From an uncultured virus (IMG/VR IMGVR_UViG_3300048762_000476) (lineage: Duplodnaviria > Heunggongvirae > Uroviricota > Caudoviricetes), in IMG/VR virus record IMGVR_UViG_3300048762_000476: a DNA stretch of 64,000 bases. One strand, written 5' to 3'. The notes beneath the pieces are model-generated. The model saw only the letters and a program-made list of their open reading frames with translations, ran no database searches and was not told where the DNA came from. Each line of letters begins with the position of its first letter. Positions within the stretch are counted from its first letter, which is position 1. Both the position numbers and the translations under genes were made by a program. Positions 1-10,500 of the stretch are shown piece after piece.

Positions 1-3000
1 ATGTCTGGCACGCCACCGTATGTCGAGCTGCACGCTCATTCCGCTTACTCCTTCCTGGACGGTGCCAGCCTGCCCGAGGAGCTCGTCAACCGGGCCGGCG
101 AGCTCGGGCACACCGCGCTTGCGCTCACCGATCACGATTCGCTCGCCGGCGCGATGGAGCACGCGGTGGCAGCGCGGGAGTCCCCCGTCCGGGCGATCTT
201 CGGCGCCGAGCTCACAATCAACACCGACGCCGGCGGTGGATTTCGACACGTCACGCTGCTGGTCCGTGACAGTCAGGGCTGGCGAAACCTCTGCCGCCTG
301 ATCACACTCGCGCACGCCCACACACGCGATCGTCCCGACCGCCGCGCCGCGCAAGCCAGCGTTCCCCTACAGCAGCTGCTCGAGCACGTCGAGGGGCTGG
401 TCTGTCTCACCGGCTGCGCGAGCCACGGCGTCGATGACGAGCCGACGGCGAGAGCGCTGCTCGATGCGTTCGGCCCGGACGCGCTGCGCGTCGAGCTTCA
501 GCGGCTTTATGAGCGCGGGGACCGGCGTCGCAACGCTGCGCTGGAGCGGCTCGCGCGAAGACTCGGGGTGCCGGCCGTCGCGACCGGGGACGTCCACGCG
601 CACACCCCTGCGCGGGCTCTGTTGCAGGACGCGTTCGTGGCCCTGCGCAACGGGATGTCGCTGGACGCGTCGGAGGCAGAGCGCCGTCCCAATCACGCCC
701 ACGTGCTCGCGCGCCCGGAGGCGATGGCCGCCCGGCTGCAGGCCTATCCCGACGCGGTCGCGGAGAGTGTTCGGCTCGCCGAGACGCTGCGCTTCACGTT
801 GACGGGCGACCTCGGCTACCGCTACCCAATGTCAGAGTCGACCAGCGCGACATGCGAGCTCGCCGAGGTCTGCCACGCTCAATTCGCAGACCGCTACCCG
901 TCGAGTCATCCTCGCCACGGTGAGGCTGAGGCGCGGCTCGAGCAGGAGCTTCGGATCATCCATTCGCTCGGGCTTGCCGGGTTCTTCCTGCTGCACCACG
1001 AGATCCTCGAGCTCGCACGCGAGGTCGCCGTGGAGGTCCGCGGCCCGGACAGCGCCAGGGCACTGCTGCCGCCGGGTCGCGGCCGTGGGTCCTCCGTCTC
1101 CTCGATCGTCTGCTACCTCACCGGGCTCTCGCACATCGATCCGGTCGAGAACGAGCTTGCGATCGGCCGGTTCCTGCACGATGAAATCGAGTCGCTGCCA
1201 GACATCGACATCGACTTTCCGCGCGACATCCGCGCCAAGCTGATCCCCCGCATCACCGAGCACTACGGCACCGATCGTGCCGCGCTGGTCGCGACCTTCC
1301 CCACCTTCCGTGTCAGAGGCGCGATCCGGGAGCTCGGTAAGGCACTCGGCCTGCCGTCCGGGGAGATCGAGCGGGTCGCCCGCGGCTCGGAGGGCTGGGG
1401 CGGGCACGGAACCGTCGCCGAGGACATCACCACAGCGCTCGGCCAGCAGGCCCTCCAGGGCGGGCGGTGGGCGTGGCTCGCGCAGCTGGCGGACGAGGCC
1501 TACGGACTGCCGCGCCACCAAGGCCAGCACCCCGGAGGGATGGTCATCTCCACGCGCCCGCTGATCGACTGCGTGCCGATCGTCCCGGCTGCGATGGAGG
1601 GCCGCCAGATGGTGCAGTGGGACAAGGACTCCTCTGCTGACGCGGGGTTTCTAAAGATCGACCTGCTCGGCCTCGGGATGCTCTCCGCCGTCGAGCGCTG
1701 CGTCGAGACGATCGCCGCCAGGCACAACGAGCGCGTCGACCTTTCGCGGATCCCCTTTGATGACAAGCAGACATTCGCGGCGATCCGCAAGGCCGACGTC
1801 GTCGGTGTCTTTCAGATCGAGAGCCGCGCTCAGATCCAATCGCTGCTGCGGACCCGCCCGCAAGACCTCAAAGACCTCACGATCCAGGTCGCGCTGGTGC
1901 GACCGGGGCCGATCCACGGCGGCGCGGTGAACCCCTACATCGAACGCCGCCAAGCGCTGCTACGCAACCCCGACTTCCAAGTCCGCTACCTGCACCCCTC
2001 GCTCGAGGAGCCTCTGAAAGAGACGCTCGGGACGATCATCTTCCAGGACCAGGTGATCGCGGTCGCCAGGGCGTTCGCGGGGTTCAGCGCCGGTGAGGCG
2101 GAGGGCCTGCGCCGTGCGATGAGCCGCAAGCGCTCCCAAGAGGCGATGCAAAGCCACCGCGACCAGTTCATCCACGGCGCCCGCCGCACACACCCCGACG
2201 CCGGCGACGAGACGATCCAGCGCGTCTGGGGGATGGTCGAGGGATTCGCCGGGTTTGGGTTCCCCAAGGCACACGGCGCCGCGTTCGGACTGCTCGCCTA
2301 CCAGTCGACGTGGCTACGCGTCCACTACCCATGCGAGTTCCTCTGCGCGCTACTGAACGAGCAGCCCATGGGGTTCTACCCCCCAGACTCGCTGATCCAC
2401 GAGGCACAGCACCAACAGATCAAGATCCTGCCACCCGACGTGACCCAATCCGACGCGGAGTGCACGGTCCCCCACGACGGCGCGATCCGCGTCGGACTCT
2501 CCTACATCAAGGGGATCCGCATCGAAGACATCGAGCGGCTGGTGCGATCCCGCGGCCGGGATGGGCCGTTCCGCAGCCTGGGGGGTCTCGCGGCTCGTGG
2601 TGGGGTGAGCCGCACGACGCTCAGCCGCCTGGCATGGTCGGGCGCGTGCGACGTGCTCGCCGGCGGCGATCAGTACGCGCGGCGCAGCGCGCTGTGGCAG
2701 CTGGGGATCGCCACGCCCAGCATCGAGATGGACACCGGGCAACAGCTCGCGCTCGAGCTACCCAGCACCCATCCGCCCGCACTGCCAGCACTCAGCGAGT
2801 GGGACGCGATGGTCGCCGACTACAGCACGTCCGGGATCTCGATCGACCGGCACCCGATTGAGCTGCTCCGCGGCTCGCTCACGGCGACAGGCGCACGCTC
2901 GATCGCCGAGCTCGCCACGACCCGCCACGGCGCCCACGTGAGTGTCGGCGGTCTGGTGATCGCCCGCCAGCGGCCAGGAACCGCCAACGGCATCACGTTC

Positions 3001-3306
3001 CTGCTGCTCGAGGACGAGCACGGCACCCTCAACGTGATCGTGCCAAGCAAGCTCTATGACGCCAACAGGGCGATCGTCCGCACACAGCCGCTGGTGGTGG
3101 TCGCGGGGCGCCTCGAGCGACACCCCGACGGAGGGGGAGCAGTGAACCTGCTCGCAGCCTCGATCACGGCGCTTGCCGAGTCGCCTGGCGGGCAAGGCGC
3201 GGCCGTCCGGAACCTCCGCGAGCCGCCCAAGCCCGCAGCCGCCGGCGATAAGTTTGCGGTCGTCGCGCCTGCCGTCATGAGCTTCGGGCAAGGACGGCGA
3301 CGCTGA
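1..3306 (+). CDS. dnaE2: Error-prone DNA polymerase III alpha subunit DnaE2 (ImuC)
   Basis: PHP motif ELHAHSAYSFLDGAS, ALTDHD, GRGSSVSS, catalytic PDIDIDF, FLKIDLLGLGML, GFPKAH, NEQPMGFY, and OB-fold RQRPGTANGITFLLLEDE typical of DnaE2; 1101 aa. Confidence 0.93.
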   Translation: MSGTPPYVELHAHSAYSFLDGASLPEELVNRAGELGHTALALTDHDSLAGAMEHAVAARESPVRAIFGAELTINTDAGGGFRHVTLLVRDSQGWRNLCRLITLAHAHTRDRPDRRAAQASVPLQQLLEHVEGLVCLTGCASHGVDDEPTARALLDAFGPDALRVELQRLYERGDRRRNAALERLARRLGVPAVATGDVHAHTPARALLQDAFVALRNGMSLDASEAERRPNHAHVLARPEAMAARLQAYPDAVAESVRLAETLRFTLTGDLGYRYPMSESTSATCELAEVCHAQFADRYPSSHPRHGEAEARLEQELRIIHSLGLAGFFLLHHEILELAREVAVEVRGPDSARALLPPGRGRGSSVSSIVCYLTGLSHIDPVENELAIGRFLHDEIESLPDIDIDFPRDIRAKLIPRITEHYGTDRAALVATFPTFRVRGAIRELGKALGLPSGEIERVARGSEGWGGHGTVAEDITTALGQQALQGGRWAWLAQLADEAYGLPRHQGQHPGGMVISTRPLIDCVPIVPAAMEGRQMVQWDKDSSADAGFLKIDLLGLGMLSAVERCVETIAARHNERVDLSRIPFDDKQTFAAIRKADVVGVFQIESRAQIQSLLRTRPQDLKDLTIQVALVRPGPIHGGAVNPYIERRQALLRNPDFQVRYLHPSLEEPLKETLGTIIFQDQVIAVARAFAGFSAGEAEGLRRAMSRKRSQEAMQSHRDQFIHGARRTHPDAGDETIQRVWGMVEGFAGFGFPKAHGAAFGLLAYQSTWLRVHYPCEFLCALLNEQPMGFYPPDSLIHEAQHQQIKILPPDVTQSDAECTVPHDGAIRVGLSYIKGIRIEDIERLVRSRGRDGPFRSLGGLAARGGVSRTTLSRLAWSGACDVLAGGDQYARRSALWQLGIATPSIEMDTGQQLALELPSTHPPALPALSEWDAMVADYSTSGISIDRHPIELLRGSLTATGARSIAELATTRHGAHVSVGGLVIARQRPGTANGITFLLLEDEHGTLNVIVPSKLYDANRAIVRTQPLVVVAGRLERHPDGGGAVNLLAASITALAESPGGQGAAVRNLREPPKPAAAGDKFAVVAPAVMSFGQGRRR

Positions 3307-3448
3307 AGCGCCACCAGCTTGCTTTACCGCCGCCACCCGCATATGTCCCGGGGCCGTCGGCGAGCGACCGCGAGGAGTGCGCTCAGGAAGCTGGCGCGAG
3401 CCGGCTCACTTGCCTTCTGAAGGGACAACGCCGCGTTCGCGGTTCCGG

Positions 3449-3586
3449 TCAGCGCGCGAGCGCGCGCATCGCCGCCGGGCTTCCGCGACGACGGTTCTGG
3501 CCTCCTGAGCGGGGAGATTGCTGACCCTGTACCCGCAATACTCCCCGCCGAGGCGACATTTCGGTCAATGCTAATCTGGCTTTCAT
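3449..3586 (-). CDS. Possible small basic protein (45 aa, MKARLALTEMS...)
   Basis: Purine-rich RBS AAAGGAAAGAAACG before ATG; no recognisable family; overlaps a hairpin at about 3509-3549. Confidence 0.25.
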   Translation of the reverse strand: MKARLALTEMSPRRGVLRVQGQQSPRSGGQNRRRGSPAAMRALAR

Positions 3587-3745
3587 CGTTTCTTTCCTTT
3601 GCGCTGAGCTTTGATTGAGGTCACGACCGCGGCAACAAGCAAATGGCTTGTCCCTTGCATGCCTAGCCGCCGTGTATGACAGGGGCCTAAGCGTGCTTAC
3701 AAGTAGCAATCGGACCTGTCTGAGTTATTGACCTGGTGCTTAGCG

Positions 3746-3782
3746 TCGGGTTGGGGGAATCGGGGTGAATCCCCCAACCCGA
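3746..3782 (-). terminator. Stem-loop, likely terminator downstream of 3815-4552
   Basis: Perfect 13-bp inverted repeat TCGGGTTGGGGGA...TCCCCCAACCCGA about 30 nt past the stop codon. Confidence 0.6.
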
Positions 3783-3814
3783 GCTTCCGCATTCCGGCGT
3801 CTTAATCGCCTCGC

Positions 3815-4552
3815 CTAGTAGGCGCCGGGGCCGGTCTGGCGCTCGACGGTTTCCAGCGTCGCTTCCCGGCCTTCTTCTTCCTGGGTGTAGAGGTTGTAAG
3901 GGCCGTATTTCACCCCGGATTCTTCGAGGAATCGCTGTTCCTGCTGGCCCGCAACGACACCGAAGGTGATTTCCTCGCCTTTGTTGGTGTTTTCAACGTG
4001 GCCGATCACGCTGCCTTCCAGCACGATCGGTTCCGTACCGCAGGTAAAGGTCGCGATCGGACCGCCGAAGTGCGCAAGACGCACCCCGATTTCTTTTTCG
4101 CCCGGGAGATAGACGAGTTCGGTCCCGAGCGTTTCTGTTTGGATGGTGCCCGATGCGACGTTTCCGCACAAGTCCGTTTTTTTGCCGCCGCTACCGGCGC
4201 ATCTCGTGAATGTGAGCGTCTCTTCGCCGTACTGAGAGCTGGTGATCGTACCCGCCGCGCTGTCTTTTTTGCAGACGATCGTCTGGACGACTTCGTCAAC
4301 GGCGTTCTTGATCGTGATCGTGCTCGCTTTGCTTTTCGAGGTGTATGTGGTGCCTGGAGCCACCGCTTCGCGTTCGTACTTGCCTTTGCCGGGTTCGCTT
4401 TTGGTGGTACAGCCTTTTTCGTAGTTGCCGCCAGTTTGCCTGACGCAATTCTTGTATTCCGGTGGCGCGGCACTGGCGCTCGCCGCTGCGACCGCCATAA
4501 ACGCCATGATGGCCACGATCGGCAAGATAGCCGTGTATCGCTTCTCAAACAT
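3815..4552 (-). CDS. Small secreted Cys-containing beta-rich protein, copy B (245 aa)
   Basis: Start reassigned to MFEKRY (RBS GGAAGGA); Sec signal ending ASA|APPEY; similar to 15672-16352. Confidence 0.82.
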   Translation of the reverse strand: MFEKRYTAILPIVAIMAFMAVAAASASAAPPEYKNCVRQTGGNYEKGCTTKSEPGKGKYEREAVAPGTTYTSKSKASTITIKNAVDEVVQTIVCKKDSAAGTITSSQYGEETLTFTRCAGSGGKKTDLCGNVASGTIQTETLGTELVYLPGEKEIGVRLAHFGGPIATFTCGTEPIVLEGSVIGHVENTNKGEEITFGVVAGQQEQRFLEESGVKYGPYNLYTQEEEGREATLETVERQTGPGAY

Positions 4553-4565
4553 CGTGATTCCTTCC

Positions 4566-4620
4566 GTCGTATTGATGGATAGGGCCTCGGAGTGCTCGTC
4601 TTTGCGAGAGGACACACCCG
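4566..4620 (-). promoter_or_regulatory. Conserved structured 5' leader, copy B
   Basis: Aligns with 16369-16423; identical 16-nt core at 4597-4612; directly upstream of the RBS. Confidence 0.6.
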
Positions 4621-4994
4621 TCGACCGCATGTACCTATGTCTGCTCCCTGGTCTGGCACGCAGGCGGGCCACCGTGCGGTCAAGCTCGGGACCCTGGAGG
4701 GGAACCGGATCCGCGTGCTGCGGGCGGTCTGCCATGGTCTTTCAGTTCAGCTCGTCTAAGCGCAGCCCTCCGTTCGATCGTTTCTTAGAGGCCCCGAGCG
4801 GCAAAGGCCACGCTGCATGCCCCAGCGATCGGGACAACCAGCACAAATGAAAGCACAGCCGGCCGGATTGTGTCGTGTCACGCGAATCGCTTAGAACCGT
4901 GTGGCAGGCAGACGCGCCCGGCCTCTTGGAGAACCCACGTCGAGGAGCATGTTGTGGCCGGAGACGTAGCGGCGGACCACGTGACCGTCTCCGA

Positions 4995-7523
4995 TCACCT
5001 TTTCGTTTTGCGTTTCGGCTTCGCCTGAGGACCGTACTGCTTTCTTGCCGTGGCTTCGCATCTCTCACGCTTCGACTTGGACTTATCTCTCCTACAAAGC
5101 TTCAACGCTTTCGAGAGATCCTCAGCTTTGGTCAAAGGCTTGGGTTTCGCCTTGGCGGATTCCGTGGGAAACACGAGCGGGCCGGCGGGAAGGTTTCCCA
5201 ACGATGGCGCTCCAGTGCTTCCTGGACCAAGAACTTGCGGACTGGCCCCCACGGCCGTTTTGCACGCTTCGCCCGTGCATTCTGGAGTTACGGCCGGCGC
5301 TGGGAATCCGCCCCCTAGCCGAGCGTCGAATAGAGAGGTCTGTGTGCTAGTGGCCCGCGAAACATATTGTGTGGGGTTCACTACGAAGACGTCTTCACCC
5401 GAAGCGACGGTCCCTCGAAATACCGGTTCTGGCGCTTCTCGTCCCGCTTCCACGAGGTGACGGAACCCGTTCGCGACAAGGCTAGTGTTGCCACTTTCCG
5501 GCAGCGTCCTCCAGTGATACTCATACGCATCTTCCTGCCCTGTCGCTGCCTGTGGCGCGAGCTGGTCGGAGCTTGAGAAAAACACCTCGGTTCCGCTGTC
5601 GGATATCGCCAAGCCCTTGACCAGGCCGAGCGGCGAGACTTGCCCTTCGAATTCCGGCGCGACGATGTGTGCGGCGTTCACCGAAGTGTTACCGTCATTG
5701 TCGAAGCGTTCACTCGGGGCACATGTTGCCAGCGAAACGGGGCATTGCCCGCTCGATACACGTATGAGCGTCTGCGTCGTTGCGTCATACTCAAAGATCT
5801 GTGCCACGCTGCTGGTGTCGTCGGAGGTGAGGTCCGCCGTACTCTGGAATACAAGGAATTCGCCGTCGGGCGTGGCCTGCACGGGCCTGTCGTCGTTTCT
5901 CGCCCAGTCCGCAGCATCAGACGGCGATAGACTTGCCACGAACGTAAGCGCGCCTGACGGGTTCGCCGTATCGCGTTGGTAGACGTAGAGATTGTCCGCG
6001 CCCAGGGCGGGTGACTCGCCTCCCCCATTTTTGCCGGTGAGCACGCCCCTGGCGACAAAATATACGTGTGAACCGTCCTCCGATACTCGGGCGACACCTT
6101 GCACTTCAGCCGCCTGCCCCGGGTTCGGATCGCGGGATACCTGGATGACTGCCGCGACCTTGGCGGCGGTGCCCGTCCCTTCAATTTCCTCCTCGTAGAG
6201 GTCCGTCGCAGTGTCCATGTCGCTGTTGACAAGCGGCTGATTCGTCAGAAAGAAAAGCTTCGAGCCATCTTCAGAGGCGCCCTGGAATTCGCCCGCGCTA
6301 CGTTTGTGGCCGTTTTCTTCGTTCTCGTCTTCACGACACGTCCCACTGCATTCGCGGCCCGGGGTCAATAGCGTGGGCTCCGAGATCGCAAGTGTGCGTT
6401 CGCCATTCTCGCGCACGTATAGTTCGTTCACTTCCGGGGCACGTACCACAGACGTACACGTGGCACCGGCTTCGTCGTGACTGAATACAGTAAAAGCAAC
6501 GGTTGCGCCCGAGGTCGAGACGGCGTTGTACTTGTCTCCAGTCGACGAACCCGCGAAGGTCCCTCCGCCGACGTCGTCACCACAATTGCCGATCAAGTGC
6601 GCGTCAGTGTCCGACGTCAACGTGCCTTCGTTGCTCACCCCGATTAGCTTGGGTTCGATCTGGTCCGTCCCATTGTACTCGTAGATGGAAGGCGCTCCCC
6701 GAACCACGGTTGTGTCGCCTGGCCAAAGATAGCTCTGCCGTTCCTGATTGGTGTTGAGGCGGAACACGATGTGCGAAAGATTCGCCGACGCCCCGACGTA
6801 CGGGGTGGAACCGCCGCCGATTGTCCCGTTTTCGAGGCCGGTTTCGCCGACAAAGAGCTCGCCCGACGTGCCGTTCGCGGGTCCTTGCGTTAGGGCGGGC
6901 GAGACAACTGGCCCAACTTCAACAAAGCAGCCGCCGCCGCTCGCAACGCCATCAGCAGGGCACGCGCCATTGGCGGCCGCTGATTCGCGAAGATAGAAAG
7001 AGCCCGCGTGGATCGATTGGCTTGATTCTCTGAGCTCCCACACCGTCTTACTGAAGTCACGACTCACGTCTGCGATACCGCCGGCTGGGAACTGACTTGC
7101 TGATGGCGCAAGCGCGCTTGGTTCCCATCCCTCCGCGTCGCGAGTGAACTGGTACGGCGCGCCAGGAAGACCGAGCGAGTTGGCGGAGCCTACGAACGTG
7201 CCCGAGGTGGATGCGACGACGTTTGATTCGCCATAGGCAGCGAAGCCGAGACTAGGAACCACGTCACCCTCAGTGTACGGCGGCGTGACGAGCTCGTAAG
7301 CGCGGCACTCAGGCAGTTCTATGGAGAATGGCAGGCCCGTGTTGGGGTTAAGCTTGCTTTCTAGGCGTACCTGTTCGTTGGGACACGGTGCGCCTTCCGA
7401 CGCCAGCGCGGGCGTGGCCGGAGCTAGCGCAAGCGCGACGAGCGTCAGCAGCAGGGAAAGGAGGTGGCGAGATCGCGGGACGGGACGCCCGCGAACGTCG
7501 GTGGGGTTGCCTGGACTTTTCAT
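4995..7523 (-). CDS. Secreted TolB/WD40-like beta-propeller protein with basic two-Cys C-terminal tail (842 aa)
   Basis: Signal peptide, LPECRAYELVTP, repeated S.DG..V.F blades (SEDGSKLFF, SEDGSHVYF, TPDGEFLVF, SDSGTEVFF), tail KPLTKAEDLSKALKLC...CEATARKQYG. Confidence 0.85.
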   Translation of the reverse strand: MKSPGNPTDVRGRPVPRSRHLLSLLLTLVALALAPATPALASEGAPCPNEQVRLESKLNPNTGLPFSIELPECRAYELVTPPYTEGDVVPSLGFAAYGESNVVASTSGTFVGSANSLGLPGAPYQFTRDAEGWEPSALAPSASQFPAGGIADVSRDFSKTVWELRESSQSIHAGSFYLRESAAANGACPADGVASGGGCFVEVGPVVSPALTQGPANGTSGELFVGETGLENGTIGGGSTPYVGASANLSHIVFRLNTNQERQSYLWPGDTTVVRGAPSIYEYNGTDQIEPKLIGVSNEGTLTSDTDAHLIGNCGDDVGGGTFAGSSTGDKYNAVSTSGATVAFTVFSHDEAGATCTSVVRAPEVNELYVRENGERTLAISEPTLLTPGRECSGTCREDENEENGHKRSAGEFQGASEDGSKLFFLTNQPLVNSDMDTATDLYEEEIEGTGTAAKVAAVIQVSRDPNPGQAAEVQGVARVSEDGSHVYFVARGVLTGKNGGGESPALGADNLYVYQRDTANPSGALTFVASLSPSDAADWARNDDRPVQATPDGEFLVFQSTADLTSDDTSSVAQIFEYDATTQTLIRVSSGQCPVSLATCAPSERFDNDGNTSVNAAHIVAPEFEGQVSPLGLVKGLAISDSGTEVFFSSSDQLAPQAATGQEDAYEYHWRTLPESGNTSLVANGFRHLVEAGREAPEPVFRGTVASGEDVFVVNPTQYVSRATSTQTSLFDARLGGGFPAPAVTPECTGEACKTAVGASPQVLGPGSTGAPSLGNLPAGPLVFPTESAKAKPKPLTKAEDLSKALKLCRRDKSKSKRERCEATARKQYGPQAKPKRKTKR

Positions 7524-7536
7524 AATCCCGTTCCTC

Positions 7537-10500
7537 CTAGAGCTTCACGGCTGTCGTCTTGGATGCCGCCTGCCTGCCTGCCGTCAGGCGAACCGTCAAC
7601 GGCACCTTCGTGCGTTTACGGGCCTTCGCCCGCCCACTCCTGGTCAAAAACACCCGGACAGTTTGCGTACCCGCCTTCACGCTCCGCGTCGTGGTTTTCA
7701 GGCCCGCGCCGCTGATCCTGACGCGCCCAGCAGCCGATGCCTGCAGCGTTACCACCAGGATGGAGCCCTCGATTTTCGTCTTGGCCACCGACACAGTGAG
7801 AGGACAGCCGCTCGGGGCGATCCTCGTGTTCTGGGTGCGCTGCGCGCCGTTCTGGCCGACGATGATCGTCGGCATCACGAGGTTCACGCGGCATGTGCTC
7901 TCGTTTGCGCTCGCGGGGAAGTTCGTGCCAAGGATGGAGTACGGGCCCTCGGGAAGCGACGTTTCGAAGCTCGAGATCGGGGCGTCGGGCACCGTTTCAA
8001 ATCGCGAGTAAGTAACGCCGTCCTTGATCTGCGTCTTGCCGTCGAGGATGATCGTGACGCCCTGGCCTTGGAGGACGTACTCGACGTCGGGGAAGGCCGC
8101 GCCGCCGTGCGAGACGAGGATCGCAGGCCCTGTCAGGGGAACATCGAGTGCAGGCGTGACGGCCTTTGCGGTCCCGATCACCGAACCGTGGGGACAGCCG
8201 GCGGGGTCCGCGTTGAACTGCGCTTCCAGGCACGCCTTGTTGAGCGTGGAGTCGCGGGTCGGGAGCGCCATGGGGATCTCGAGCTCGACCTTCTGGATGT
8301 TCGCTTCGCCGGGCTTCTGTGCGATCTTGACGTCGAGGCTCGCGCCGTACGCTTTGCTGGTGGTCGGGGCCGTCGACGCGGAGAGGCTCGGATCGAACGG
8401 CAGCGCAGCGCAACCGCTCGGGGTGTAGGGGCTCGCAGCGGCGCTCGAGCCGCCGCCGGATCCGCTGATCGTCGCCTGGATCTGCTGCGCCGAGCAGTTG
8501 GTGGCGTTGAACGTGAATTCGGGCCGGTTGACGGCCACGTTCACCGTGCGCAGCCGTGTCGGCACGCCGTCGATGATCTGCGGCAGGGGGCCGCTCGTGA
8601 TCGTCAGCGCCGCGGTCTGCGGGTCGATGTCGATCGCGGCTCGAACGATCACGTTTCCGAGGCTGAACGGGCCCGCGACCGCGGGCACGACGACGCTCAA
8701 GCCGAACGGAGCGCCGTTGTAGGGACCGGTCAGATATACGCGCCCACTGAGGTAGAAGGGGTGTTCGCCGGCCCCCGCGCTCACCGTGGTCGTGCCGATC
8801 TGGCTTGCCGATTCGCAGCTCCCGGCATTGGCCTGCGCTTCGCCGCAAAGGCTGACGTGCGAGAGCATCCCGAGCAGGCCGGGCGGAGTCTTGACCTGGA
8901 TGCCGGTGAGGTCCTGTTCGCGGTCCTGACGGGAAAACGTGACGGTCAGGGGGCTGTAGGCGCCCGCGCTCGCAGTGACGGTTCCGGCGCTGAACGCCGG
9001 CGCAAACGGGAGGCTTGACGGACATGCGCCACCCTGCCCGTTCCAGTCGATCGAGAAGGCCGGGGAGGTTTCGCTGACTTCCTGTCCGCTCCATGCGGAC
9101 AGAATGGATGTAGTCGCGTAGGAGCCGCAGGTCTGGGGGTTGGCCAGCGGCGCACGCGGTCCGCCGTCGAAGTGGAGCTTCAGTTCTTCAAACGGGAGTT
9201 GGGGGTTTTCGTCGAAGCTCGCCGTCAGCCGGCCCGTCGCAGGATCGGCCGCTACCTTCCCCGGCAGCTTGATCACGACGCCTTCGCCGGCCGCTTCGAT
9301 GTAGAGGCCGTACAGTTCGCCGTTCGTGGCGCTCGATTCGGTGCAGGCCGACTGCCCTGCCGCGCCGCATTTCGGCTCGGCGAGGTAGACGTGCCCGAGG
9401 AGAGGGTGCGGCAGTAGGGGTGTCGATACTTCAGCGGTGCCAAGTGTCGAGCCGGCCGGGCAGTGCCCGGCCGCCAAGTGCGCTAGGCCGTCGGCTGCGA
9501 TTTCTTCGCCTTCGCCGGCTTCGTCGGGGTGCAAGGCGGATACCGGCATGTCGATGCCTTCCGGTCCCGTTTCGCGACAGCCCTCGAGACCTTCAGCGGC
9601 CGAGGGAGAAACGGAGACCCCCGCAGGCAGCGTGACCGTCGCGTCGCGTAGGGCCGGGGTCGCGGTTTCCGTAAAGCCCGTTGTCTGGGGAACCCGCAAA
9701 TCGACCGTATAGGCTGAGGGCTCGTCGGCCTGGGTCGTGCCTTCTTCGGACGTCGGACTCGGGGCCATCGCGAGTGTTGGGTTGAACTGCAACAAAGAGC
9801 AACCGGTGAGACTCGGATACGTGATCGATTCAGCGCTCGTCCATTCTTCCGGGTGTTGCCACGAGTTCGCTTCGATTCGCGCCGTCAATGGACCCGATGC
9901 GCAGTCTGCAGGATTCGTAACAAACGCTGTTTCGGGTATATCCGGGCTGGCGACTTCATCGACTTGAGCAGGGTCGCCGAAAAACGTAAGGGACGCGAAG
10001 TGAAGTTCATCTGCTTTGAGCAGCCCAGGCACCGAGACACGTAGCTGGTAGCCGAGCGATGTATGGGCCACATTCGCATAAAGCAGTACCGACTTGCTTA
10101 GTTGTTCGATCCCGAACTCCGCGGGGTACCCCCGCTCAGGTATCATATTGAAAATCGGCGTAGTCGATGCGATAGCGTATCGCGAGCCGACAACTTCGCC
10201 TCCCGCTGCGGCTTCGCCTTCTATCACTACGTAGCCAAGAATGCTGCTTTTTGGGCAGGGAGCGAGGCCTTTGCTGGTGTTCAGATCGCTGAGCGCGCAT
10301 CTCGTGGCGGTTGCCAGCGGATTGCCGATAAGTCCAAGTGGCAGGTCAACAACGATATTCTTCGGACTCGCAACCACCTCATAGGGTTTATCGTTGCTTT
10401 TTTCCAATTCGCGAGGCACTGTATTTGTGTCGTAACTGAACGTCAGCGAATAAGGGTGCCCAGCAGCGGACGAGCTGCCGCCGCCATCTTCATCGGTGGT

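Noticed and set aside
4566..4620. Known riboswitch (c-di-GMP-I or c-di-AMP) because of the GCAAA loop
   Set aside because: Other consensus elements are not visible; kept as an unassigned motif.
7321..9018. 565-aa plus-strand ORF
   Set aside because: Arg-rich antisense shadow of the 1276-aa secreted protein.
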